The notes beneath the pieces were generated by a model. That model saw only the letters and a list, made by a program, of their open reading frames with translations. It did not search any database and was not told the DNA's origin. The position numbers and the translations under genes are program-made. A stretch of 64,000 nucleotides of DNA from an uncultured Planctomycetaceae bacterium (GTDB lineage: Bacteria; Planctomycetota; Planctomycetia; Isosphaerales; Isosphaeraceae). Location of the stretch: NCBI GenBank assembly GCA_963833985.1, contig CAWIAD010000001.1:2464001-2528000 (forward strand), written 5' to 3'. Numbering within the stretch: position 1 is the stretch's first letter; the number at the start of each line of letters is the position of its first letter. Positions 52,972 to 64,000 of the stretch are shown piece by piece.

Positions 52972-54048
52972 TCACCGGCTGGAGATTTCGTGAACCAGAT
53001 CCACCAGTGCCCGAACGTTTTCAACCGGGGTCTGAGGCAGGATCCCGTGGCCCAGGTTGAAGATGTGGCCCGGACGTCCGCCCGCCTGGTCAAGGATGTG
53101 CTGGGTCTGCCGTTTGATCTCCGGCCATCCCGCCAGAAGGACCACTGGATCGAGGTTCCCTTGCACGGCCACCCCGGAACCAAGCCGCTGCCATGATTCG
53201 GCCAGATCGACCCGCCAGTCCAGCCCGATCACCGATCCGCCGGCGTCACGTTGCATCTCCAGCAGTGACCCCGTGCCCGTGCCGAAATGGATGGCTGGGA
53301 CAGCAGGGTCGAGCGCACCGAAAAGTCGGGTCATGTGCGGCTGCACGAATCGCTGGTAGTCCATCGGACCAAGCGATCCCACCCAGCTATCGAAAAGCTG
53401 TACGGCCTGCGCCCCGGCGGCAATTTGCGAGTTCAGGTAAAGAGCGGTCGCCTTCACAAAATGCGTCATGAGCGCGTCCCAGGCCCCCTGATCGCGGTAC
53501 ATGAAGGACTTGGCGGTTTCATAGTGCCGCGATCCCCCCCCCTCGATGGCATAGCAGGCCAGCGTGAACGGAGCCCCGGCGAAGCCGATGAGTGGAGTGG
53601 ACGGCGGCAACGCCGCCCGGATGGACGTGACGGCCTCGTACACAAAGGAAAGCGGCGAAGGGTCTTCCATCGGACAAACACGGTCGACGTCGCACGCTTC
53701 CCGGATCGGGTTATGAATTACCGGACCCTCGCCCCGCGCAAACTCGAGGTGAAACCCCAGCGGTTCCAGGATCAACAGGATGTCGGCGAAGAGGATGGCG
53801 GCATCCACCTTGAGGATTTCGGCGGCGGTGACTGTCACTTCCGTGGCCAGTTCAGGACGCTTGCAAAGTTCCAGGAATGAGACCTTTGAGCGGATGGCGC
53901 GGTACTCGGACATGTAACGGCCTGCCTGCCGCATGAGCCAGATCGGCGTCACCTCAGTCGGCAGCCGGCGGCAGGCCCGCAGGAACGGGCTGTGCACGGA
54001 CACATCCTGCTTCGTACCGAGAGGCACGCTGGGTGAGGGTTCCGGCAT
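52972..54048 (-). CDS. hemE: Uroporphyrinogen decarboxylase
   Basis: WLMRQAGRY, ILFADIL, IGFAGAPFT, QGNLDP, FNLGHGI. Confidence 0.96.
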   Translation of the reverse strand: MPEPSPSVPLGTKQDVSVHSPFLRACRRLPTEVTPIWLMRQAGRYMSEYRAIRSKVSFLELCKRPELATEVTVTAAEILKVDAAILFADILLILEPLGFHLEFARGEGPVIHNPIREACDVDRVCPMEDPSPLSFVYEAVTSIRAALPPSTPLIGFAGAPFTLACYAIEGGGSRHYETAKSFMYRDQGAWDALMTHFVKATALYLNSQIAAGAQAVQLFDSWVGSLGPMDYQRFVQPHMTRLFGALDPAVPAIHFGTGTGSLLEMQRDAGGSVIGLDWRVDLAESWQRLGSGVAVQGNLDPVVLLAGWPEIKRQTQHILDQAGGRPGHIFNLGHGILPQTPVENVRALVDLVHEISSR

Positions 54049-54277
54049 GGCGTCTTCACTCAAAAACGGGATGATCGTGCGGAGCCAGGTTCATTCTAGC
54101 TTCCCGGCGACCGCACGACGAATTCCGTCCCGCTTCGTGCGTAGAATGAGAAGTGAGTGGATCCGCGGGGAATTTGCACCTCCCTGGTGCGATGCAGCGG
54201 ATCGGGTCATGTTTTTGATCGAAGCGGTCCGGCCCATCCACGCACCGGATTCCAAAGCAGTCCTGAGAAAGTTATCC

Positions 54278-55260
<983 letters not shown>

Positions 55261-55264
<4 letters not shown>

Positions 55265-56470
55265 ACGATGAGTCGTCCGTCAACGTGCTCGACGAGGCGT
55301 TCACCGCAATCGAGGAGACGCTTGACCGGGCCGGACCAGAAGCGGCGCTCGAGCCAGCTCGTGGAGCGCCTGGACCAGGCCGGCGCGTATCGGGCGCTGC
55401 TCGATGCACTGCTGCTGAAGGCACGCCACGAACTGGGTCTGCCGCTCATCGAGGCCGGTGGACCGGGAGCGATCCCGGAGGGGATTCGCATCCGGTTCGA
55501 GGAGCGCTTCGCGGACGCCATCCGCCTGGTTGCTTCCCGCTACCTGGCCCGGGATGACATCCCCGCCGGCTGGGCCTACTGCCGGGTGATCGCCGAGCCG
55601 GAGCCGGTCAAGGCGGCGATCGAGCATTACCGTCCGGGTGAGAACGCCGATTCGATTGCGACCGTGATCGACATCGCCTTCCACCAGGGCGTCCACCCGG
55701 CGCGCGGGTTCGAGCTGATCCTGGAGCATTACGGCACCTGCTCGGCGATCACCGCTCTGGAGCAGAATCCGCCCGCGGATCCGGCCGTCCAGACCGCCTG
55801 CGTGGACCGTCTCGTCCGGCATCTGCACGATCAGCTCACCGGGAGCCTCCGCTTCGACCTGAATCAGCGGGGGGAGACCACGTCCGAGACCGACTCGTCC
55901 ATCGCCGGGCTCATCGCCAACCGTGACTGGCTGTTCGCGGAGGACGGGTACCACATCGACGTCTCGCACCTGGCGGCGACGGTGCGGTATTCCACACTCC
56001 TGGCTGATCCGGCAACGCTGGCCCTGGCGGTGGATCTGACCGAGTATGGCCGCCGGCTCTCGCCGCGGCTGGTGTTCGAGGGCGTGCCCCCCTTCGAGCG
56101 GATCTTCGAGGACCATCGCATCTACCTGCGCGCCTTGCTGAACCAGGATGTCGATGCGGCGATCGGCCACTTCCGTGCGAAGGTTGAGAGTACCCAGCGC
56201 GACGACCCGGAATCCTCAATCCCTGTCCAGGTGCTGGTGAACCTGTTGTCGCGTCTGGAGCGGTTCGACGAGGCAATCGACCTGGCCGAGAAGCGGCTGG
56301 GGCACCTGCCTGAGCAGGCGCTTGCTTGTCCGACGATCGCGCAGCTCTGCGCGCTCGCCAGGCGGATGGACCGGCTGGCGGTCATTGCCCGTCATCACGG
56401 GAATCTGGTCCACTTCCTGGCGGCGCGGATGCTGGACGCCACCGTGCGTGATCCGCGGCCAGGCCCGTGA
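55261..56470 (+). CDS. Conserved hypothetical helical protein (frameshift near 55345)
   Basis: ATG overlaps the LOG stop; long GC3-rich frame with HYGTCSAIT, YHIDVSHL. Confidence 0.65.
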
Positions 56471-56508
56471 GCCGATTGCCTGTCCCGGCGTCGATGTTGA
56501 TGCTCCGA

Positions 56509-57321
56509 TCAGCCGTTCCAGGAGGCGGAGTTCGTCCAGGAGCGGCCGGTGGGAACCACAATCGGGGCGAGCTGCCAGTCGCCTGTGCTCTGACGCACCC
56601 AGTGATAGCCCGGCGGTACGGCCCACTCGCTCTGGCTCTGCGAGCCGTAATAGGCTCGCCTCCGCTCCTCGGCAAGCACGCTTGCCTCCTCGGCGCCGGC
56701 CACCGCGTAGATGAAAGCGGCCAGGCCAACGTGGATCAGGTTCTGTGGAAACGCGGCGAAGTTCAAGAAGCTGTAAATGCCGAACAAAAGGGCAAGGCCG
56801 CGACCGATCGACGCCGCGATTGACGTGGCCTGGATGCGGCCCAGCCAGCCGCTCAGCAGGGCACGCAGCACCCGGCCGCCGTCCATGGGAAAGGCCGGGA
56901 TCAGGTTGAAAGCGCCCAGGACCAGGTTGGCAAGCATCAAGACACCAAAGAAGCTTCCGCGGCCGAGTCCCGACTCGAAGCCGCCAATCTTCAGGGACTC
57001 CAGCCCCAGGAGTGCGGCGACGATGGCGAAATTCACGGCCGGCCCCGCCAGGGCGATCAGAAGCTCCGCGCCGGGGGCCCGCGGCATGCGTTCCAGCCGG
57101 GCCACTCCACCGATCGGGTACAGGGTGATATCGAGAGTCTCGATTCCGAACTGCCGCGCCATGAAGGCGTGCCCCAGCTCGTGCAAGAGTACGCAGCCGA
57201 ACAGGCTCAGCGTCAGAAGTGGCGAAAACGGAGTGATCCCCGGCAACAAAACCAGCAAGAAGGTCGGATGCAGGTATAGCTTGATCCCCGCAACCCGCCC
57301 AAGTTTCCAAGATATGCGCAT
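56509..57321 (-). CDS. Site-2 protease (M50)
   Basis: HELGH, AGPAVN, FNLIPAFPMDGGR. Confidence 0.92.
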   Translation of the reverse strand: MRISWKLGRVAGIKLYLHPTFLLVLLPGITPFSPLLTLSLFGCVLLHELGHAFMARQFGIETLDITLYPIGGVARLERMPRAPGAELLIALAGPAVNFAIVAALLGLESLKIGGFESGLGRGSFFGVLMLANLVLGAFNLIPAFPMDGGRVLRALLSGWLGRIQATSIAASIGRGLALLFGIYSFLNFAAFPQNLIHVGLAAFIYAVAGAEEASVLAEERRRAYYGSQSQSEWAVPPGYHWVRQSTGDWQLAPIVVPTGRSWTNSASWNG

Positions 57322-57494
57322 CGAAACAGTACTTCCTTTCCAGAATCGGGACGTAACGCCGTCCTGATCATCTCATTGTACTTCGTCGTCGAAGTCAGGA
57401 AAGTTCGAGATTCGCATTCCAGAGACCCAGTCCGTCGCCAGGAAGGGGTATGGAAGAAGGTCTGGAGCAGGAGACCAGACGTGTGGTGGTTCTT

Positions 57495-58739
57495 TCATCG
57501 CTCGAGGATGCCGGGACGGGTGATCTTGTAACCCTTGACGCTCACCTCGATCAGTGGCCAGTTCTGTGCCGCGGTGACCGCTTCATAACCGCGCGCATCG
57601 ACCACGACGGTGTCTTCCGACCGCGCCGACCCGACGCTGGGGTTCCAGCAGATGGCCATGTGAGGCTTCAGTACGACCTTGCTGTCCGGGGTGAGCATGC
57701 ACTCGCGCTGCGCATAACCAGTGAGTGTACCCTGGTAATCGAGGGTCCACTCATGAGGTGCGTTGAACTTCTCATAGATGCGGCGAGCGCGGCGAAACAC
57801 TTCGGGGACCGGCTCGCCCGGCCTGGAAAAGAAGATGCACGAGGCATCGACCATGGTAGAGAGCGTGTGTTGCGACTGAAACAGCGGATCGGCCGGACCA
57901 AATGACACAGTCCGGGTGAGCGATGCGCACAGGCCATGGCGCCGGCCCGTGATGGCGATCGTGGCCCGCTTCACGATGGGGGCTGCCTTGAATGTGGGCT
58001 GCCGGTAGCGCGCCAGCCGGTCATCGCTGGCGACCCGGAGGTCGACCGGGACGACGCCCTCTCGAAGCAGCCTGTGAGCCAGGTGTCCCGCCACGTCGGC
58101 CTCGCGCTCGCCCCGGTCGAAGTTGCGGCAAGTCGCCTCCACAGCCAGCGTCAATGTGCGGCCCAGCTCGCGGAGGCGCTGGCGTTCCAGTGGAGTAAGC
58201 GAGAGCCGCAGACTGCGCAACGCATCAACGTCACGCCGCCAGGGCATGCATCCGCTCGACCCCAAATCGGTAGCGATGCGCTTGTTATGGCAGAGTTCCG
58301 CGACCGTGCGGAAGGGATCGTCAAACCACGGACGCTCCTTGAGCTGAAAACCGAGCCCGGCCAGCTCTTCCTCGAAAACCCGGCTGCTCTGCACGTTGTC
58401 GGAAATCACCGCCCGCGAGCCGCGGTTGATGAAAAGCAGCACCGAGCTGAATTCCGAGGTCAGGTCCTGGCTCAGGTCGCCGCCGGAGGTGAACCAGGCC
58501 ACGGAGTCCGCACGGCCCAGAACCATGCCGTCCTGCTCGCTGGCATCGAGGAAATCGCGGACCCTCTGGTGCTTGGTCTCGATATCTTCGCGACGCCGCC
58601 GGAGCTCCAGATTCTCATGGTCGGCGGCCGGGTCAGGCACCACGGGAAGCGTATCGGTATGCGGCCGATCCGCGGCAGTGATCAGCACCGGGTCGAACTC
58701 GCCCGAGAGATCGATGTCTCCCGGCAACGCCGTGATCAC
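57495..58739 (-). CDS. M24 (Xaa-Pro peptidase-like) family protein
   Basis: AWFTSGG, SLTRTV, QGTLTGY, WNPSV...SEDT; some metal ligands appear degenerate. Confidence 0.7.
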   Translation of the reverse strand: MITALPGDIDLSGEFDPVLITAADRPHTDTLPVVPDPAADHENLELRRRREDIETKHQRVRDFLDASEQDGMVLGRADSVAWFTSGGDLSQDLTSEFSSVLLFINRGSRAVISDNVQSSRVFEEELAGLGFQLKERPWFDDPFRTVAELCHNKRIATDLGSSGCMPWRRDVDALRSLRLSLTPLERQRLRELGRTLTLAVEATCRNFDRGEREADVAGHLAHRLLREGVVPVDLRVASDDRLARYRQPTFKAAPIVKRATIAITGRRHGLCASLTRTVSFGPADPLFQSQHTLSTMVDASCIFFSRPGEPVPEVFRRARRIYEKFNAPHEWTLDYQGTLTGYAQRECMLTPDSKVVLKPHMAICWNPSVGSARSEDTVVVDARGYEAVTAAQNWPLIEVSVKGYKITRPGILER

Positions 58740-58844
58740 GCTCCCCACGTGAAGCTCGGTCGACACCAGCCGCCTCCTGTGAACGGCGAGCATCCGGCTC
58801 GCTCTAAGCCGAGCGCCTGCGAACCCACGCAAACATGATGGAAA

Positions 58845-59939
58845 CTAATGGCTTAAGGATTGGCTGACTTTATCCTTCCAGGTTGTGTCCAGGAATTCAA
58901 GGATCTGGAGGACCAAATTCCTCGGAGTTCTGAGAGGAAAGTTCAGCTCATGGCCGGCTCCGGGAAGCACGACGAGCTGGTTCGGCACGCCCGCCAGGGT
59001 CAGCGCCGAAGCGAGTTCCACGGACTGGCTGACCGGGACCAGGGGGTCGCGCCCGCCATGAACCAGGAATGTCGGCGGATCCCCCGGCTGCACCTGGTCC
59101 ACCGGCGAGGCCGCCTGGTAGTTTCCGGGCACCGCCCAGGGCGGTCCTCCCAGGAACTGCCGGACGGCCACGGCCGCTTGCGGACTGGCCGAGAACAGGG
59201 CCGGCAGATCCGTCGGGCTCGAAAAGCTGACCACCGCGCTGACTGCGGCTGAATCCGCGACACTGGATCCTCCGCCGGTATTGACTGACTGCGTGCCCAG
59301 CAAGTTGGCCAGGTTCGCCCCGGCCGATTCGCCCATCGCCACGACCTCTCCCGGGTTGAACTGGAAAACTCCCGCATCTTGCTTGATCCAGCGCACGGCA
59401 GACTGAAGGTCTTGCAGGCTCATGGGCCATGTTGGGTTATCCGGCGAAGAAAGCGGGTAATTGGGCGCGACCACCGCATAGTTGTTGGGCACGAACGCCG
59501 ACGCGATCCTGGGCCCGTAGTCCTTCTTGTCCTGCTTCCGCCAGCCACCCCCGTGGATCGCCACGATCACGGGCCAGCCCCCCACGGGCGGAACGCCCGA
59601 GGGAAGGTACACATCCAGTTGTTCGGCGAGACCGCTTGCGGTTGTGTAGGTGATGTTCCTGATCACGGTTCCCGTATCCTGCGCCGATGCTTCGCGCGAG
59701 GGGTGCCTGATGATCCCGGAACTGCCAGCAGGCACCGACCTTCGGAGCGAGGCCTCGTGCCCGGGTAATCCGGCGACAAGAACCGGACCATGAGCAGGAA
59801 TGCCCACAGCCCCTGCCGTCAGCAAAGTTCGCGCTTCCAGGTGCGCCAGCCCATCGGGCCGAAAGCAGAACGAGGTACGCCTGCGGAATCCAGGCTGATG
59901 AGTGCTGCGGCCGCGGTTGACAGTACGGAAGCGGTTCAT
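58845..59939 (-). CDS. Alpha/beta hydrolase with a planctomycete-type LE.R.LL N-terminal motif
   Basis: LEARTLL, HGGGW, GESAG, D-PLVP, GAGH. Confidence 0.85.
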   Translation of the reverse strand: MNRFRTVNRGRSTHQPGFRRRTSFCFRPDGLAHLEARTLLTAGAVGIPAHGPVLVAGLPGHEASLRRSVPAGSSGIIRHPSREASAQDTGTVIRNITYTTASGLAEQLDVYLPSGVPPVGGWPVIVAIHGGGWRKQDKKDYGPRIASAFVPNNYAVVAPNYPLSSPDNPTWPMSLQDLQSAVRWIKQDAGVFQFNPGEVVAMGESAGANLANLLGTQSVNTGGGSSVADSAAVSAVVSFSSPTDLPALFSASPQAAVAVRQFLGGPPWAVPGNYQAASPVDQVQPGDPPTFLVHGGRDPLVPVSQSVELASALTLAGVPNQLVVLPGAGHELNFPLRTPRNLVLQILEFLDTTWKDKVSQSLSH

Positions 59940-59987
59940 TGTGTGTTGCCGGTGCCTCTCGGGAGTCTTTGCTGCGTCACATGAGGT

Positions 59988-61012
59988 CTATCGAGGCACT
60001 CTGGGTGCCGGAAGCCGAGCGTGTTGCCGGTCCGGGTGATCGGTCAGGTCTGAGCGAGATGGCTCGTCCGTTACGGCTTCGTCTCCCAAAACTTGCCACA
60101 CGCACTCAAGGAAGGCAAGAATCTCCGGCGCCAGATCCCGGGTCTCCGGGTATCTCACAACCAGCTCGAACCCATGGCGAGATCCGTTCACAACGATGAA
60201 CCGGTTCATGACCCCGTGTTCGGTCAGGGTCTCCGCCATGCTCTCCGCTTGCCGAAGTGGCACCCAGCGATCCTCCGTACCGTGAATGAGCAGCGCGGGA
60301 GCCGCGCCGGCACCGGCGTGCTCCAGCGGTGAGGCCCCAGCGGCGCGCACGGCCAGTCCGCGGCGGATCGGCCCAGAAACTGCCGCACCGGCTCATGCTC
60401 CAGCCGCCGGCTTTCGACCAGCGCGAAGAGAGACGTCGGTCCGTAGAGACTGACGACCGCCTGGACCCGCGAGGAGACCGCCTCCGGCTCCGGACCGGGA
60501 GCGAGCGTCCCCAGCAACAACGCCAGATGCCCTCCGACCCCACTGCCCAGGGCAGCGATGCGGCTGGCGTCGACACCAAACTCATCGGCATGGCCGCGGA
60601 TCCAGCGAACCGCCTGGCGAAGATCCTCCAGGGCTGACGGCCAGCTCGGGGCCGCGGGACGGGAAAGCCGGTAATCGGCCACGAACACCACGTACCCCTG
60701 GCTGGCCAGCCGGGCGACCTGGGGACCATAGAGCGATCGGGAGCCTCCGCTCCAGCTCCCGCCGTGAATCGCCAGCAAGCCCGGCCGTCGTCTCAACTGC
60801 GGCCCCCGCGCTGCCCGCTCCGGCGGCATGTATACGTCAAGCAGCAATGCCGTGGTGCCCTCCACGCCATAGATCCGGTCCTTGACGATCGTGGCATCGG
60901 CACGGGCCAGTGCCTCGGCCTGCACCCGGGGGTCGACCGCCCAGAGCCTCGCCACACACCAGAAGAGTAAGAGCCAGGTGATCGTCTCGATCGCGGTTCG
61001 CAACGTCTGCAT
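59988..61012 (-). CDS. Alpha/beta hydrolase (frameshift near 60345)
   Basis: HGGSW, GSGVGG (nucleophile position atypical), HGTEDRWVP, HGF. Confidence 0.75.
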
Positions 61013-61240
61013 CGGCTCGGGTGCCACCAGTCAGGAACGAGCTTGCTCGCGCGTTGGTTCCACGGTTCCAGGTACGCGCCGCAGCGGTCGGCCAGGTTCA
61101 CCTGCCCTCGAAGAGCGGACGGATCTCGTTGCCGTGCACGTCCCTCCCTCCTTATTATACAAGTGGTCCCGGGCATCACGGCTGGACCGAGACGCGAGAG
61201 CCGCCGGCCGCCTGTCCCAGTCTCCAGCGAGCCTGAAGCC

Positions 61241-61740
61241 GTGGCGATCGATCTTCCGAAACTGCCGTTGCTCGCCCAGCGCGAGATCGAAGCGAAGATT
61301 GTCGGTCCGCTCGTGCGAGCTGTTGCGGCAGAGATCGGAGAGGAGAAGACCCTGGAGATCCTCCGCGGCGTCATCAGCGAGCTGGCGCGGCAGGGGGCGC
61401 CGAGCTGGCCCGGAACCTGGGTGAACAGACCCTCCAGACATTTGCCGGTGCCCTGGACCGCTGGCGAGAGGGAGGCGCGCTCGAGATCGAGATGCTCGAG
61501 CAGTCGCCCGATCGGCTGGCTTTCAACGTGGTCCGCTGCCGCTACGCCGAGATGTACCGCGCCCTGGGCCTGGAAGCGCTCGGCGCCAGTCTTTCCTGTC
61601 AGCGCGACTTCGCGCTGGTGCAGGGGTTCAACCCCGAGATCCGGCTAAAGCGGACCCAGACTCTCATGGAAGGTGCTCCGTTTTGCGATTTCCGGTTCCA
61701 TCGCGCAGTAGCCGGTCCACCAGCGAGCGACGAAACCTGA
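61241..61740 (+). CDS. L-2-amino-thiazoline-4-carboxylate hydrolase family (frameshift near 61400)
   Basis: LLAQREIEAKI, FNVVRCRYAEMY, LSCQRD, RTQTLMEGAPFCDFRF. Confidence 0.8.
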
Positions 61741-61802
61741 GCCTGGCCGCGAGGCTTCTGGGGGTGGGCATCTGGGGGAGGACGCAGACCGCGCCGGTCG
61801 CT

Positions 61803-62483
61803 TCACCGGCCCTGCGAGAAGCCGGCCTGCTGGGCAGCTTCGTCTCGCTTCCCGGGGGGTTGAGCCCGGGCAGCGAACCGGAAGGGCATTCCCAGCAGGT
61901 TATTCCAGAGCTCCTGCTGTCCTGGCGAGAGCATGGCCAGAATCTTTTGACGGTAGGTCTGATCGCTTTGCTGCGACGAGCGGCCCTGCGTCCGCAGCTG
62001 ATTGCGCTCGGCGATCAGCCGGGCCATCGTCTGCTGTTGTTCGGCCGTCAGTTTGAGGTAGGTCGCAACCATGGGGCGGCTGAGCATGGCGGACTCGCCT
62101 TCCCATTGCAACTCGATCTGGCGGAGCCGTTCAAGCTGATTACCGGTCAGGTTCATGCTGAGCCATTCGAGCTGTGCCTGATCGATGGCCCGGCGCTCCA
62201 CCAGCACGGCAGCCCCGGTCTTGCCGCGGAGTGCGAGTGCCCGGCGAGTCAGCTCGTTGATCGTATTCTGCGACCCGAGGATCTGGGTTCGTTCCATCCG
62301 CAAGTCGGCCTGGATGTCCGGGCGAGACAGGAGGAGCAAGGGCGCGGTGCGGATTCCCAGGCGATTGTCGGGCAGGTACCAATCGTTTGCCGGACTGGTG
62401 CTCTGAGCGTGCAACGCCCCCATCGGGACGAGCTGGATCCAGAGGATCCCCATCAGGACGAGCCGTCCTTTGCCTCGCCACAT
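61803..62483 (-). CDS. Exported hypothetical helical protein
   Basis: Signal-like N-terminus; RLRQIELQWEG, LKLTAEQQ. Confidence 0.6.
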   Translation of the reverse strand: MWRGKGRLVLMGILWIQLVPMGALHAQSTSPANDWYLPDNRLGIRTAPLLLLSRPDIQADLRMERTQILGSQNTINELTRRALALRGKTGAAVLVERRAIDQAQLEWLSMNLTGNQLERLRQIELQWEGESAMLSRPMVATYLKLTAEQQQTMARLIAERNQLRTQGRSSQQSDQTYRQKILAMLSPGQQELWNNLLGMPFRFAARAQPPGKRDEAAQQAGFSQGR

Positions 62484-62699
62484 GGCCCGGTTCCCTCCAG
62501 TGCCTGGATCGTCGAGCAGGTCTGCCTGCCACCGCATCCTGAGCCGGCGATCAGGCGAATCGCCAGCGCCACGCTCCCGAAGCAGATCAGCGAGCGTGGC
62601 GGCGGGTGGTTTATACGCTCATCCGTGCGATCGGAAAAGGCCAGTGTCCCGGCGCTGGCGGCCAAGGTTTGCACCTGGCCGCCGGGGCGCGGGACTGGG

Positions 62700-64000
62700 T
62701 CAGTTCGGCGAACCGCTGTTGGGGGACTGCTGTCCGCCAAGGCCGCGGCGTTCGCGCAGGCTCTGGCGACGGGGGGTCGTCGACTTGGTGGCGGTACTGG
62801 AGCTTGCGGCTGGCGTCGAGGCGGCGGGACTCGCGGCCTTGGCGGTGTCTGCGGATGCGTTGCCGCCATTGCCATTGGCGTTCGCGGTGCCGCCGGCTCC
62901 GTTCCGACCGTTCGCGCCGGGGCCACCACGGAAGAAGCCGGCCGTGAGGGATTCGACGTCAAACGGCTTGCCCAGCAGCTTCTTGAAGCTGGAGACCTGG
63001 CGGCGGTCCATGGCCTTGAAGACGGCCGCGTACTCGCGCTGGCGAAGCTGTTCGGTCTCCTTGCGGGTCTCCTCCATCTGGGCCTTTACCTCGGGCTTTT
63101 CCATGACCTGCTGCCAGACCGCGGGGTCAAATCGCGGCCGGTTCTGGCCGGGACCGTTGGCGCCGCCCTGGCCACGGCCGAAGCGGCCTCCGCCGGGCTG
63201 CCCGGGCTGGCCCGCGGTTGCGGCCGGGTTGGCGGCGTTCGGATCAGGCTGGCCGCCAGCATTCGCGGCCCCGCCAGCTGGCGGGTTCGGCATGAAGGTC
63301 CGCATGAGCTGAAAGTTCTTGGCCATGAGCTGGCGGCGAGCCTGGTTGGCCTCGTTCAGGACACCCTGGATCTCGACCTGCTGCTCTTCGGTGATCTCGA
63401 GCTTGGCGGCGACATCCTGGCGGAGGACCGCCCTGGGCCCCTCGGATTGCAGCTGGATCTCCCGGAGGCGCTTCATCTGTGTCTTGTCCAGCGCGCTGGC
63501 CAGGGCATTTTCCGACTCGTTTTGAAGCTGCTGCATCGCCATGCGCATCATCTCGCGTCCCTGGTTCTGCACAACGTTTGCCGCTTGCCGGCCCTGGACC
63601 CGGGCAGCCTGCTGTTGCAGCGCCGGATCGACGGGCTGGCCGCCCTGAATCCGTCCGCCATAGACCTGGGGCTGGTAGCCCCGGCTGTTGAGCGTCCCGG
63701 CCAGCGGGTTGCCCGCACCGGCTCCACGCGCGTCAATGCTGGGATCAATCGGGACCTGTCCCCCTTGCAGCGCCTGGGCCTGAGCGAGTTGCTGCGCCTG
63801 GGTTTTGGCCATGTCGGTTTGCTGGCGAAGCTGCTGGAAGACCTCACCGCGCCGCTTGTTGGCATCTTCGGAGAGCTGCTTGACCTTGGCCTTCTGGCGA
63901 TCGGTCAGCTTGAGCTCCTTCTGAACCGCTTCATTACTGACCAGCGTGAACAGGTTGCCGCCCGGCCCGCCGGGTCCGCCTGGACCGCCCGGCCCTCCAC
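62700..64000 (-). CDS. Gly/Gln-rich hypothetical protein (5' end outside window)
   Basis: RLREIQLQSEG, LEITEEQQ, LLGKPFD; same repeat type as its neighbour. Confidence 0.65.
   Translation of the reverse strand, partial: GGPGGPGGPGGPGGNLFTLVSNEAVQKELKLTDRQKAKVKQLSEDANKRRGEVFQQLRQQTDMAKTQAQQLAQAQALQGGQVPIDPSIDARGAGAGNPLAGTLNSRGYQPQVYGGRIQGGQPVDPALQQQAARVQGRQAANVVQNQGREMMRMAMQQLQNESENALASALDKTQMKRLREIQLQSEGPRAVLRQDVAAKLEITEEQQVEIQGVLNEANQARRQLMAKNFQLMRTFMPNPPAGGAANAGGQPDPNAANPAATAGQPGQPGGGRFGRGQGGANGPGQNRPRFDPAVWQQVMEKPEVKAQMEETRKETEQLRQREYAAVFKAMDRRQVSSFKKLLGKPFDVESLTAGFFRGGPGANGRNGAGGTANANGNGGNASADTAKAASPAASTPAASSSTATKSTTPRRQSLRERRGLGGQQSPNSGSPN

Overview
The window has two parts. (1) About 1-31,230 is the right portion of a mobile island integrated at the 3' end of a tRNA-Leu(CAA) gene. 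Its backbone is a tyrosine integrase, excisionase, MobF (TrwC-like) relaxase, VirD4-type coupling protein, ParB-like protein, a leading-region operon with an orphan DNA methylase, and a plasmid-type RepA/ParA/ParG replicon with iterons and DnaA boxes. Its cargo is the tail of a BREX type 3-like defence locus (pglZ, extended brxA) and a five-gene RiPP-like cluster. It also carries an IS91-like/tyrosine-recombinase unit, an ORF-less group II intron and an ISAs1 with a 10-bp target duplication. (2) About 31,400-64,000 is GC-rich host chromosome that looks planctomycete-like: a Tad/Flp pilus operon, hemE/hemG, a PAS histidine kinase, hydrolases and other genes. The best candidate for an undescribed system is the cluster at 2953-8164. 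It encodes a 128-aa precursor with an internal FTRGFDR/YDKFYDR core, an FxsB/YhhB-like radical SAM maturase, a 2OG oxygenase fused to an HD-like domain, an HD-like domain probably fused to a methyltransferase, and a UPF0489/peptide-arginase-like enzyme. No exporter or protease is visible. Many single-base frameshifts across the window look like sequencing or assembly errors. All family assignments come from motif recognition only; no database searches were run.
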